64,000 nt of DNA from Flavobacteriales bacterium (lineage in GTDB: Bacteria; Bacteroidota; Bacteroidia; Flavobacteriales; BACL11). Each line of letters starts with the position of its first letter. Positions within the stretch are counted from its first letter, which is position 1. Under the pieces are notes generated by a model. The model did not search any database and had not been told where the DNA came from. It was given only the letters and a program-made list of their open reading frames with translations. Positions 40,011-49,800 of this stretch are shown here, in pieces. The position numbers were made by a program, and so were the translations under genes. Location: contig JAAZYM010000057.1 of the NCBI GenBank assembly GCA_014239655.1, positions 6,003 to 70,002 of the forward strand. Direction: 5' to 3'.

Positions 40011-42233
40011 ATGACTCGATTTATTATACTTTTTTTTCTTTCATTCTTTTTTGTAAAACCATTAATTGCGGATGAAGGTATGTGGCTACCACAACTGCTA
40101 AGCCTTATGAATGAAGAAGACATGCATAAGAAAGGACTAAAAATTACGGCCGAAGATATTTACGATATAAATAACTCTTCATTAAAAGATGCTGTTGTTG
40201 CTCTTAATGGTGGGGGATGCACAGCAGAAATGATCTCTTCAGAGGGTTTAATGCTGACTAATCATCATTGTGTGGATGATTTACTTCAGGCTCATTCAAG
40301 TGTTGAAAAGAATTATCTTGAAGAAGGTTTTTGGGCTATGAGTAAATCAGAAGAATTAAAAAATGAAAATTTAAGCGCAACATTTTTAATAAGCATTGAA
40401 GATGTAACTAATCGCTTTGCTGACAGTCTAGACAATAGTCTTTCTGAATCAGAAAGAAGTAGAAAAATCTCGGAAATCTCAAAAATAATTGTAAAAGAAA
40501 AAACAGATAGCACCTCCTTTTCAGCAAGAGTTAAGTCTTTTTTTGGAGGGAATGATTTTTACTTAATTACTTATCAAATCTTTAAAGATGTTCGTTTAGT
40601 TGGGGCGCCACCTTCCTCTATAGGGAAGTTTGGAGGGGATACTGATAACTGGATGTGGCCTAGACATACTGGTGATTTTTCGCTGCTAAGAGTATATATG
40701 GCTCCTGATGGCTCTCCAGCAGAATATTCAATAGAAAATATCCCATATAAACCAAAACATCATTTTCCAATTCAATTAGATGGAGTTGAAAATGAAGACT
40801 TCACAATGATAATGGGCTATCCAGGAAGAACCAACCGATACTTAACCTCATATGGTGTACAAGAGGCTTTAGAAATTACTTATCCTGAAATTATTGATAT
40901 AAGAACTAAAAAATTAGCAATTATGAAGGCTGGAATGAATTCTAGTAAGAAGAAAAAACTCCAATATGCTGCTAAATATTCTGGTATATCGAATTATTGG
41001 AAATATTATATCGGTCAATCAAAAGGCTTAAAAAGAATGAGAGTTTATGATAAAAAACTAGCTATCGAAAATGAATTTATTAGCTGGGTTGGGGAAGGGG
41101 AGAATAAAACAACAAAAAAATATATTGGAGTACTCGATTCTTTAAAAGAAGCATATCAAAAAAATAAAGAAATAGCTCTGGTAAGAACATATCTAACAGA
41201 GGCTATATTCCAAGGTGCAGAAATTTTATCTTTTTCATACACCATGAAAAACAGAATCAATGCACTCCCTAAAGAAAAAGAAAAACGAAAAATTGCGCTA
41301 AAAAAAATAAAAACAATAGCTAAAGAGTTTTATAAAAACTATGACCCTGAAATAGATCAAGAGCTTCTGTCAGAAATGCTTGAAATGTATTACGAAAATG
41401 TTCCTAAGCCACTACACTCTTCAATTTTTAAAAAAATTGAAAACCAACTGTTTGGCGTTAAAAAACTAGATTTTAACTACTATGCGAAAAATTTATTTAA
41501 GAAATCTTATTTTTCAAATGAAGAGAAGTGCTTACGTTTTCTTAAAAATCCATCAAAGATTTTAGTTGATAAAGACCCTGCTTATTTAACTTTCAGCTCT
41601 ATCTACAACAAGTATCTAGAAGAGCTATATCCTACAAGAAAAAAAATACGAAGTCTAATGAAAAAAGGGAATCGATTATTTGTTGCAGGATTACAAGAAA
41701 TGGATACATTAAGAAAATTTTATCCTGACGCAAATTCAACTATGAGATTAACATATGGTAATGTTGGGGACTACAAGCCTGGTGAAGCCATGCTTTATGA
41801 TTACTATACAACAATAACTGGGGTGATGGAAAAAGAAGATAACACTAATGAAGAGTTTATTGTTCATCCGCGCTTAAGAGAACTTTATCAAAAAAAGGAT
41901 TTTGGAATATACGCTGATAAAGATAGTAGCCTAAGGGTTAATTTTATCTCCAACAATGATATAACTGGAGGAAATTCTGGTTCTCCTGTTATTAATGCTT
42001 GGGGGGAAATTGTGGGAACGGCTTTTGATGGGAACTGGGAGGCAATGAGCGGTGATATCGCTTTTGAAACAAAAATACAGAGAACTATCTCGGTTGACAT
42101 AAGATATATTCTATTTGTCATTGATAAATTTGCGAATGCGTCTTATTTAATTGATGAAATGACTATTGCCCCAAGAAGAAACGGGATAAAAGCAAAACAA
42201 GAAGAGTTTAAATCTGAAAATGATTTAAAATAA
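40011..42233 (+). CDS. S46 family dipeptidyl-peptidase (DPP7/DPP11-like)
   Basis: 740 aa. Has a signal peptide followed by the DEGMWLP mature N-terminus, a catalytic His context (MLTNHHCV) and the Ser motif GGNSGSPV. Confidence 0.9.
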   Translation: MTRFIILFFLSFFFVKPLIADEGMWLPQLLSLMNEEDMHKKGLKITAEDIYDINNSSLKDAVVALNGGGCTAEMISSEGLMLTNHHCVDDLLQAHSSVEKNYLEEGFWAMSKSEELKNENLSATFLISIEDVTNRFADSLDNSLSESERSRKISEISKIIVKEKTDSTSFSARVKSFFGGNDFYLITYQIFKDVRLVGAPPSSIGKFGGDTDNWMWPRHTGDFSLLRVYMAPDGSPAEYSIENIPYKPKHHFPIQLDGVENEDFTMIMGYPGRTNRYLTSYGVQEALEITYPEIIDIRTKKLAIMKAGMNSSKKKKLQYAAKYSGISNYWKYYIGQSKGLKRMRVYDKKLAIENEFISWVGEGENKTTKKYIGVLDSLKEAYQKNKEIALVRTYLTEAIFQGAEILSFSYTMKNRINALPKEKEKRKIALKKIKTIAKEFYKNYDPEIDQELLSEMLEMYYENVPKPLHSSIFKKIENQLFGVKKLDFNYYAKNLFKKSYFSNEEKCLRFLKNPSKILVDKDPAYLTFSSIYNKYLEELYPTRKKIRSLMKKGNRLFVAGLQEMDTLRKFYPDANSTMRLTYGNVGDYKPGEAMLYDYYTTITGVMEKEDNTNEEFIVHPRLRELYQKKDFGIYADKDSSLRVNFISNNDITGGNSGSPVINAWGEIVGTAFDGNWEAMSGDIAFETKIQRTISVDIRYILFVIDKFANASYLIDEMTIAPRRNGIKAKQEEFKSENDLK

Positions 42234-42251
42234 GTACTAACCTAACTCTCT

Positions 42252-44147
42252 TTAATAGGCCCTATCTTTAGAGCCCTCAATATAATTTATAAAAGCTTTT
42301 GTAACCACCTTATTTCCTCCTGGCGTTGGATAGTTTCCGGTGAAATACCAATCTCCAGTATGATTTGGGCAAGCAATGTGTAGGTCTTCTATACTTTGAT
42401 AAATAATTTCTACCTCCGCTTGCGTGTCCTCTGGTTTGAGTATTTCACTAATTTTAGATGAAATCTGTTTTGCACTAAAAGGATCGTAAATCTGCTTAAC
42501 ATAATTTACCATCTCCTCTTTAGGGAGTTTTATTTGTTCTTTACACTGATTATAAACATCATTAATAACCCCCTCTTGGTTGTTTTCCTTTAATAACTCT
42601 ATTGTTGCCTGAAAGGCAATAAAATCACCAAGAATAGCCATGTCAATACCATAACAATCGGGGTATCTAATTTGTGGTGCAGAAGAAACAACAATTATTT
42701 TCTTGGGCCCTAACCTATCAAGTATTCTAAGTATCGACTGTTTTAGGGTGGTTCCTCTGACAATACTATCGTCAATCATCACTAAGTTGTCTTTCTTGGA
42801 AACCTTACCGTAAGTTATATCATAAACATGCGCAACAAGGTCATCTCTATTAATATCTGAAGTTATAAATGTTCTTAACTTAGCATCTTTAATGGCAATT
42901 TTCTCAGCCCTAGGGCTTATTTCCATGATTTTATTAATCTCTTGAATCGGCGGGTTTTTTCCTAATGCTTTTATCTTCGTAGTCTTAACTTTATTCAAAT
43001 ACAGGTCTACCTCTTTCATCATTCCAAAATATGAGACCTCAGCAGTATTAGGAATATATGAGAACACTGTATTCTTGATGTCTTTATTAATGGAGTCTAA
43101 TACTTTTGAAAACACCCGCCTTCCTAATCTTATTCTTTCGTTATAAATATCCTTGTCATTTCCTCTAGAAAAATAAATTCTTTCAAAAGAACATGCTGTT
43201 CTTTTTAAAGGCTTTAAAACTTCTTGCTCAATAATTTGACCGCTTTTCTTAATAATTAAAGCGTGTCCTCTTTTAATCTCTTTGATTTTATTTTCATTTA
43301 CATGAAATGTTGTTTGGATCACGGATCTCTCAGATGCAACAACAACAATCTCGTCATCATAATAAAAATATGCAGGTCTAATAGCAGAGGGGTCTCTTAA
43401 TGCAAAAGCATCTCCGTGCCCCAACAAACCACACAAAACATAACCTCCATCCCAATGTTTCGATGCATTAAAAAGAATTTTTTGTATATCTATCTCCTCT
43501 TCTATTTTTAAAGAAATTTCCCTCTTAGAAAATCCTTCTTTATATTTCTGATAAATATTTACATTCTCCTCATCTAAAAAGTGGCCAATCTTTTCTATAA
43601 TGGTAATGGTGTCTGATTTTTCTTTTGGGTGTTGACCTAAATCTGTTAAATGAGCAAACAACTCGTCAACATTAGTCATGTTAAAATTACCTGCTAGTGC
43701 TAAATTTCTAGTTTTCCAATTATTCTGTCTTAAAAAAGGATGGCATTGCTCTATACTGTTACCCCCATAAGTTCCATATCGCAAATGCCCTAAAAATAAC
43801 TCTCCAGTAAATGGCATATTATTTTTTAACCATTTAGTGTCTTCTAATTTTTTTGGATTGCTTTCTTCTAAATCTATAAAGCGCTTATTTATATTTTCAA
43901 AAAGATCTTGAATAGGATTGTTGTTTGTAGATCTTTTTCTACTAATATATCTTTTACCTACTGGAGTATTGAGCTTAACATTAGCCATTCCCGCGCCATC
44001 TTGCCCTCTATTTCTTTGTTTCTCCATTAACAAATACATTTTTTTTAATGCATAGAAGGAGGTTCCGTATTTCTCTTTGTAAAAGTCCAGCGGCTTTCGT
44101 AACCTTAACATTGCTATTCCACACTCATGCTTAAGAGAATCGCTCAT
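42252..44147 (-). CDS. purF: amidophosphoribosyltransferase (long Bacteroidota form)
   Basis: 631 aa. Has an Ntn Cys immediately after a short propeptide-like MSDSLKHECGIA, and the PRTase motif LVMIDDSIVRGTT. Confidence 0.9.
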   Translation of the reverse strand: MSDSLKHECGIAMLRLRKPLDFYKEKYGTSFYALKKMYLLMEKQRNRGQDGAGMANVKLNTPVGKRYISRKRSTNNNPIQDLFENINKRFIDLEESNPKKLEDTKWLKNNMPFTGELFLGHLRYGTYGGNSIEQCHPFLRQNNWKTRNLALAGNFNMTNVDELFAHLTDLGQHPKEKSDTITIIEKIGHFLDEENVNIYQKYKEGFSKREISLKIEEEIDIQKILFNASKHWDGGYVLCGLLGHGDAFALRDPSAIRPAYFYYDDEIVVVASERSVIQTTFHVNENKIKEIKRGHALIIKKSGQIIEQEVLKPLKRTACSFERIYFSRGNDKDIYNERIRLGRRVFSKVLDSINKDIKNTVFSYIPNTAEVSYFGMMKEVDLYLNKVKTTKIKALGKNPPIQEINKIMEISPRAEKIAIKDAKLRTFITSDINRDDLVAHVYDITYGKVSKKDNLVMIDDSIVRGTTLKQSILRILDRLGPKKIIVVSSAPQIRYPDCYGIDMAILGDFIAFQATIELLKENNQEGVINDVYNQCKEQIKLPKEEMVNYVKQIYDPFSAKQISSKISEILKPEDTQAEVEIIYQSIEDLHIACPNHTGDWYFTGNYPTPGGNKVVTKAFINYIEGSKDRAY

Positions 44148-44177
44148 ATTTTAATTTTTAAGCTGCAAATTTATCAA

Positions 44178-44411
44178 TTATTGCATTATAATCTCTGATA
44201 ACTTACTAATTCCTGGATTTACATATGTTTTATTATTAATAATAAATGTAGGGATGACTCTTTTTCCATTATTAATCTTCTTTATAAGCTCTGTGGCTTC
44301 AACATTATTATTTATATCTATATGTCTATAGATAATCCCCTGATCGTCTAAGAATTTTTTTGCAATCACACAGTCAGAGCACCAATTGGCGCTATACATT
44401 ATTATCTTCAT
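44178..44411 (-). CDS. glutaredoxin-like thioredoxin-fold protein (CxxC)
   Basis: 77 aa. Has the YSANWCSDC active site at the end of the first strand and a cis-Pro context RVIPTF. Confidence 0.7.
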   Translation of the reverse strand: MKIIMYSANWCSDCVIAKKFLDDQGIIYRHIDINNNVEATELIKKINNGKRVIPTFIINNKTYVNPGISKLSEIIMQ

Positions 44412-44685
44412 GATAAGTAAATTTATATATTATGTTATTCTGAACAATTGTGCACAGACTACAATGAGAAAGATATGCAAAATAGTATTCCCTGTTAATT
44501 TCAAAACCATTTTTATCAACAATAAAAATTCCGCTACATTCTAAGTCTCCTTCTGATGAAAAACGAGTAATCTTAAAATCATCTTCCCTTGTTTTTAGAG
44601 AAAACCAAGACCCTGCTCCTATACCCCCAAGCCATTGAGAATTACTTGGTATATTGTTCGGCTTTGATGGTGGCAACAGACTCAT
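44392..44685 (-). CDS. hypothetical 97-aa protein with HCxxC motif
   Basis: Its ATGA overlaps the upstream gene, and its 3' end overlaps the glutaredoxin-like gene. It contains LSHCSLC and an additional Cys50. No family recognised. Confidence 0.5.
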   Translation of the reverse strand: MSLLPPSKPNNIPSNSQWLGGIGAGSWFSLKTREDDFKITRFSSEGDLECSGIFIVDKNGFEINREYYFAYLSHCSLCTIVQNNIIYKFTYHEDNNV

Positions 44686-45335
44686 GATCTTTCTATGCTT
44701 TTTAAATAAGACTCAAGTATATTTCTTTTTACTTCTTTAAATGAGTTTTTTTCAACCTTATAAAAATTAGAATTTGCTATCCCAACATTTCTTTTTGGAG
44801 AAGGAGAGATTGTAAGGGGTAATTTTAGCCTGGCATTCTTTATAAATTTTGGGCTAGAGCTGCGCATTACAGCAGCCACAAACCTTGAGCAATTTGTTCC
44901 ATTATAAATAAATGGTCCATACAAAATCAATCCTCTTTTTTGAGTTTTTTTTGCATATGCATACGCTTTTTTAAATGATACATCATTTAAAATGGAGGCA
45001 TATAATGTTCCTTCTCCATGAAAGGATTTGTTTTCTTTTATCTCTTGAAGAATCTCTTTTAAATTATTTATCCGATCTCCGTTTATCTCTGCCAGTGATT
45101 TTATTGCAACATCATTATCGGTTTGAACATCTCTAACCCTACCATAATTATTTGGAGAATGATATCGCCCAAAATCAAAATATACTAATTGGCCTGTGGA
45201 TCTTTCTACCAACACAACTGCTGAGTGACCCACCCTATATTTTCCATTAGTTGAAAAAAACTTATCATACCACGCTCCAGTAGCTGTTACCATTCCTTCG
45301 GGCCAAGCTAATGCTATAAGAAAATCATCTTGCAT
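44682..45335 (-). CDS. hypothetical protein with His...His...NCxxF pattern (possible permuted papain-like/LRAT-like fold)
   Basis: 217 aa and soluble. Has GHSAVVLV (H37), GRYH (H59) and GTNCSRFVAAV (C149). The order and the NCxxF context resemble the permuted NlpC/P60 (LRAT/H-REV107) arrangement. This is a pattern-level match only. Confidence 0.55.
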   Translation of the reverse strand: MQDDFLIALAWPEGMVTATGAWYDKFFSTNGKYRVGHSAVVLVERSTGQLVYFDFGRYHSPNNYGRVRDVQTDNDVAIKSLAEINGDRINNLKEILQEIKENKSFHGEGTLYASILNDVSFKKAYAYAKKTQKRGLILYGPFIYNGTNCSRFVAAVMRSSSPKFIKNARLKLPLTISPSPKRNVGIANSNFYKVEKNSFKEVKRNILESYLKSIERS

Positions 45336-45357
45336 ATGGCTAATATAGACTCTTTTT

Positions 45358-46749
45358 TTAATTGTTCTTTTTTATCTCACTATCACACTCTTTTGTAAAG
45401 TCCTCTATGGTCTTAAAAAATGTTAAAATATTTTCCTTAGAATTTTCAGCATTTATCGTAACTAACCTAACAAAACACCTATTATTAAAATCCCCAAAAC
45501 CAACCATAAGCTTATTGTATTCATATAGTTTAGTACACAGATCTATTGGGTCATAATTTTTATAATTAAAACAAACTGATAATGATTGATTAAAGCTATA
45601 TAATGTGTAGTCTTTATTACTTGTAATATACTCCCTTGCATAGTCTGCCAAATCAAATTCATGATTAATGATTGATGCAATTCCTTTTGTGCCTATAGCC
45701 TTCCACATAGTCCAAAATTTAAGTGCATTATTTCTTCTTCCACATTCAAATGAATTATACCCTAAATTATATTCTTTTTCGTGAGTCTGATATAAATATG
45801 AGGCTTGACTAGTAAAGGAATTATGGAGCTTTTCTGAATCCTGGACAACTAAAATAGATGTGCTTAATGGGACCCCAAGTGTCTTATGTGCATTAAAACA
45901 AAAAGAATCAGATTTCTCTATCCCATTAATAAGGTACTTATATTTATTCGTAAAAAAAACAGATCCTCCAAAAGCCCCATCTACATGAAGCCAAATGTTA
46001 TGTTTCTTACAAACTAATGCTACCTCTTCAATATTGTCAAATGCACACAAAACCGTTGTTCCAGATGTTAGGTTTACATAAAAAGGTGTCTTATTGTTTT
46101 TTTTATCTTCTTCAATCTGATGTTTTAACGCCCCCACATCTATCTGGCCATGTTTATTACATTTTATATAACACACATTTTCTTTACCAAGGCCAATAAA
46201 AGAAGCGTTCTTAGCTACTGAATAATGAGCGTTTTCAGATGTATAAGCGACAAAATTTTGCCTAAATCCTTTATTGGGGATTGCTTTATTTTTTTGATCT
46301 CTTGCAATAACTATTGACATAAAATTACTCATTGATCCTCCGGTTGGAAAAGTTCCGCCTGCCTTATCTCCATAGCCTATCATTTCACACACCTTTTTAA
46401 TAATTTCTTTCTCAACAGCTACCTGAGGGCCAGCTATCTTATATGTTGCCATAGAGCTATTTAGTAATACCGAGAGCAGGTCTCCCAAAACTCCTTTACT
46501 ATGGCGCCCCCCAAATAACTGATTGAAAAAATATTTTGAAGATGATTTTGGTGTTGATAAAACCAATTGTTTTAAGCTTTCTTGAAAATCTTGTTTTATT
46601 GCTGGTTCATCAGACAAAGAAAGGTCTAGTTTTTTACCCAAATCTTTTATGTTAATCTTTTGAGAAATTGGGTTGTTTTTCTCATCCTCTAAAAAACAAT
46701 CTACTATATCGTTAAATAGCTTTAAATCTTCTTTGATATTATTAAACAT
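45358..46749 (-). CDS. group II pyridoxal-dependent decarboxylase (GAD/CSAD-like)
   Basis: 463 aa. Has FFNQLFGG, TYKIAG, PTGGSMSN, HVDGAFGG, the PLP lysine in NAHKTLGVP, and ECGRRNNALKFWTMWKAIG. All are collinear with animal GAD/CSAD-type enzymes. Confidence 0.85.
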   Translation of the reverse strand: MFNNIKEDLKLFNDIVDCFLEDEKNNPISQKINIKDLGKKLDLSLSDEPAIKQDFQESLKQLVLSTPKSSSKYFFNQLFGGRHSKGVLGDLLSVLLNSSMATYKIAGPQVAVEKEIIKKVCEMIGYGDKAGGTFPTGGSMSNFMSIVIARDQKNKAIPNKGFRQNFVAYTSENAHYSVAKNASFIGLGKENVCYIKCNKHGQIDVGALKHQIEEDKKNNKTPFYVNLTSGTTVLCAFDNIEEVALVCKKHNIWLHVDGAFGGSVFFTNKYKYLINGIEKSDSFCFNAHKTLGVPLSTSILVVQDSEKLHNSFTSQASYLYQTHEKEYNLGYNSFECGRRNNALKFWTMWKAIGTKGIASIINHEFDLADYAREYITSNKDYTLYSFNQSLSVCFNYKNYDPIDLCTKLYEYNKLMVGFGDFNNRCFVRLVTINAENSKENILTFFKTIEDFTKECDSEIKKNN

Positions 46750-46771
46750 CTCTATTTCTCTTGTTTTTTGA

Positions 46772-46779
46772 CAAAATTA
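46772..46779 (-). promoter_or_regulatory. -7 promoter box (TAnnTTTG) for the decarboxylase cassette
   Basis: The minus strand reads TAATTTTG, 22 nt upstream of the ATG at 46749. Confidence 0.45.
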
Positions 46780-46848
46780 GAAAACCATCTCTAATAAAAA
46801 CATAAAATCACATTATTAAATCAATACCGGACTATATTAAATATTGTT

Positions 46849-46856
46849 TATCTTTG
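46849..46856 (+). promoter_or_regulatory. -7 promoter box (TAnnTTTG)
   Basis: TATCTTTG, 41 nt upstream of the ATG at 46898. It lies inside the longer ORF-track version that starts at 46844. Confidence 0.4.
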
Positions 46857-46897
46857 TAATTGTTAATTATTTGTCAAATCAGTTTAATCTATTTAAA

Positions 46898-49800
46898 ATG
46901 TTAAGAAAGCGGTTTTTAACTTTTATATTTTTATGTGTGAATACATTCTTATTCTCACAAGTTGTTATTAATGAGTATTCTGCATCAAATTTTGATAGCC
47001 ATCAGGATAATTATGGAGAATACGAAGACTGGGTGGAACTATACAATTCAACTAACTCAGATATAGATTTAAATGGCTGGTTTCTTTCTGACAAAGCTTC
47101 TGATCCGACAAAATGGCAATTTCCTTCTTCATACATAATAACTGCAAATAGTGTAGCGATTATCTATTGTTCTGGAAATGATGAGATAGTAGGGGGCGTT
47201 GCTCATACAAATTTTAAAATCACACAAACAAAAGGAGGAGAGGTTTTTTGTTTATCGGATGCTAGTGCTAGTATGATTGATTCAATAACCGTTAGCCCTG
47301 CCCAAAAATCTCATTCGAGAGGAAGAAATTTAAACGGCGGATCTATCTGGGGTGTTTATCCAATTCCAACTCCAAATGCAAACAATACCGCTGCAATGCT
47401 TGAATACGCAGATCCTCCCGTTTTTTCTCAAACATCAGGATATTATAGCGCTCCTTTTGATCTTTCTTTAAGCTCACCAGTTCCTCTTGCCCTAATTTAT
47501 TATACTACTGACGGAAGCAAACCGGATAATACTTCTAATTTATATTCATCTCCAATAAATATAGCATCAACTACTGTTATTAAGGCTGTTGCCTATAGTA
47601 CAAATGGAGCTGTCCCTCCAAGTTTTATTGAATACAATACATTCTTTATAAACGACACGCATACTGTTCCAATCTTATCTGTTTCTGGAGACAGTGTTGC
47701 GGTACTTATAGAGGATGGGATAAGAAACATTGGTGGCTGGTGGAGCGGAACTCCTCATGAACCGCAAGGAACAATAGAATGGTTTGATAAAAATGGTGTG
47801 TTGATTGATAAGGGTTCAGGCGAATTTAATAAGCACGGGAATGATTCATGGGCATATGACCAAAGAGGTTTTGATTATGTAATGAGGGATCAATTTGGTT
47901 ATAACTATGCTCTACAAGACAAATTATTTGAAACTAAAAGTAGAGATAAGTTTCAAAGAGTAATTGTCAAAGCTGCTGCAAATGATAATTATCCTTTCTC
48001 ATATAGTAATTCGGGCGCTCATATAAGAGATGCTTATGTACATCATTTGTCCCAATTAGCTGACTTAAGACTTGACGAAAGATCTACAAGTTCTTGTATT
48101 TTATATCTCAATGGAGAATATTGGGGGGTCTATGAAATGAGAGAGAAAGTTGATGACCATGATTTTACAGATTATTATTATGACCAAGACAAAAACAACC
48201 TACAATATTTAAAAACCTGGGGGAATACTTGGGTAGAATATGGAGGAGCGCAAGCCCAAACAGATTGGGATAACCTTAAGAACTACATTACTACAAATCC
48301 AATGAGTAGTCAGGCGAACTATTTAACCGTTAAGGGCCAATATAATACTGGAAGTATTATTGATTACTTTTTACTCAACTCTTATGTGGTTTGTGCAGAT
48401 TGGTTAAACTGGAATACAGCATGGTGGAGAGGTTTAGATACTAACGGAGAAAAAAAGAAATGGAGGTACACACTTTGGGATATGGACAACACATTTGATC
48501 ATGGAACAAATTATACCGGTGTTCCTACAATGTCTGTAACCGCTGATCCGTGCGATCCCAGTAGTCTGAGTGATCCTGGGGGGCAGGGACATGTCCCAAT
48601 ATGGAATGAGCTGCTTAATAATGAGGATTTTTTTGATGACTACTTAAACCGTTGGCAAGACCTTGCAAATGGATATCTATCTTGTGATACCATGATATCA
48701 ATACTAGATAGTATGATTAATGTTATTGACCCAGAAATGCCAAGACAAATTGCAAAATGGGGAGGAACCTACACTGAATGGCAATCAAACGTTCAAGACC
48801 TAAGAGACTTTATTACTGCTCGGTGTAGTATAATGAATATTGGTTTTGGCCCTTGCTACCCAGCGCTTTCAGGACCTCATAATGTGACAGTTGAAATTCT
48901 TGGTGTTGGAGAGGTTGAAATGAGTAATGGAAATATTATTAATCAATTAAATACAGGCTGGACAGATCAAAGGTATGGCGGGGTGAATCTTCCTTTTGAA
49001 GTTAAAAGTGGTACATTCCAAAACTGGGAGATTATTCCATCTGGGGTTTATACTTATGATCCTCTGGTAGATACTTTGATCCTTGATCTGCAGGGAGACG
49101 TAACTGTAATTGCAAATTTTATTCCACCACCTCCACCAATAGAAACAAGAGATATTACATATAGAATAGACCCTGCTGGAACGGTTTCTGATATAGTTGT
49201 TAATGGAGTTGCCTTGGGCTCATTCCCAACAACTATTAATTACACCCTAGGAGACACTGTTGTGATTTCTCCAAATATTGATCCTCTCTATGGGTTCAGT
49301 AATTGGACAAGTGATAGTGTCACTTTAATGCCTCAAAACAATAATCAAATTGATTCTTTTTATGTAAATCATCATGATAATATTACACTAAACCTATATC
49401 TTCTTCCTACCATTACGGCTTTTATCTCTGGAAACGACACACTATGCTCTAATAAAGAGGGGGCTGCTAGTGTTAATGTTTCTTTTACTGGTATCTCTCC
49501 TTATACTTTTAACTACTCAATTAACGGGGTAGAGCAAGGTGAAACTACCACTACAAATAACCCTTATATAATAAACACAACAACCCCTGGAATATATAGC
49601 TTACTCAGCTTTTCAGATGCTGTTGAAGAAGGAAACCTTAGTGGGCAGGCAATTGTAACAATCTTAGATGCTCCGGTAGCAGACTTTCAGCCCACCCCAG
49701 ATGAGGCGAGCATCCTTTTTACAACAATTACAATGATAGATAAATCTTCCTTAAATGTGACGAATTGGCAATGGGATTTTGGAGATGAAGCCGGATTTAG

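Noticed and set aside
42252-44147. 631-aa PurF considered as a gene fusion
   Set aside because: The Ntn-glutaminase and PRTase motifs are in the normal order. The extra length is distributed through the protein, as in the long-form PurF common in Bacteroidota.
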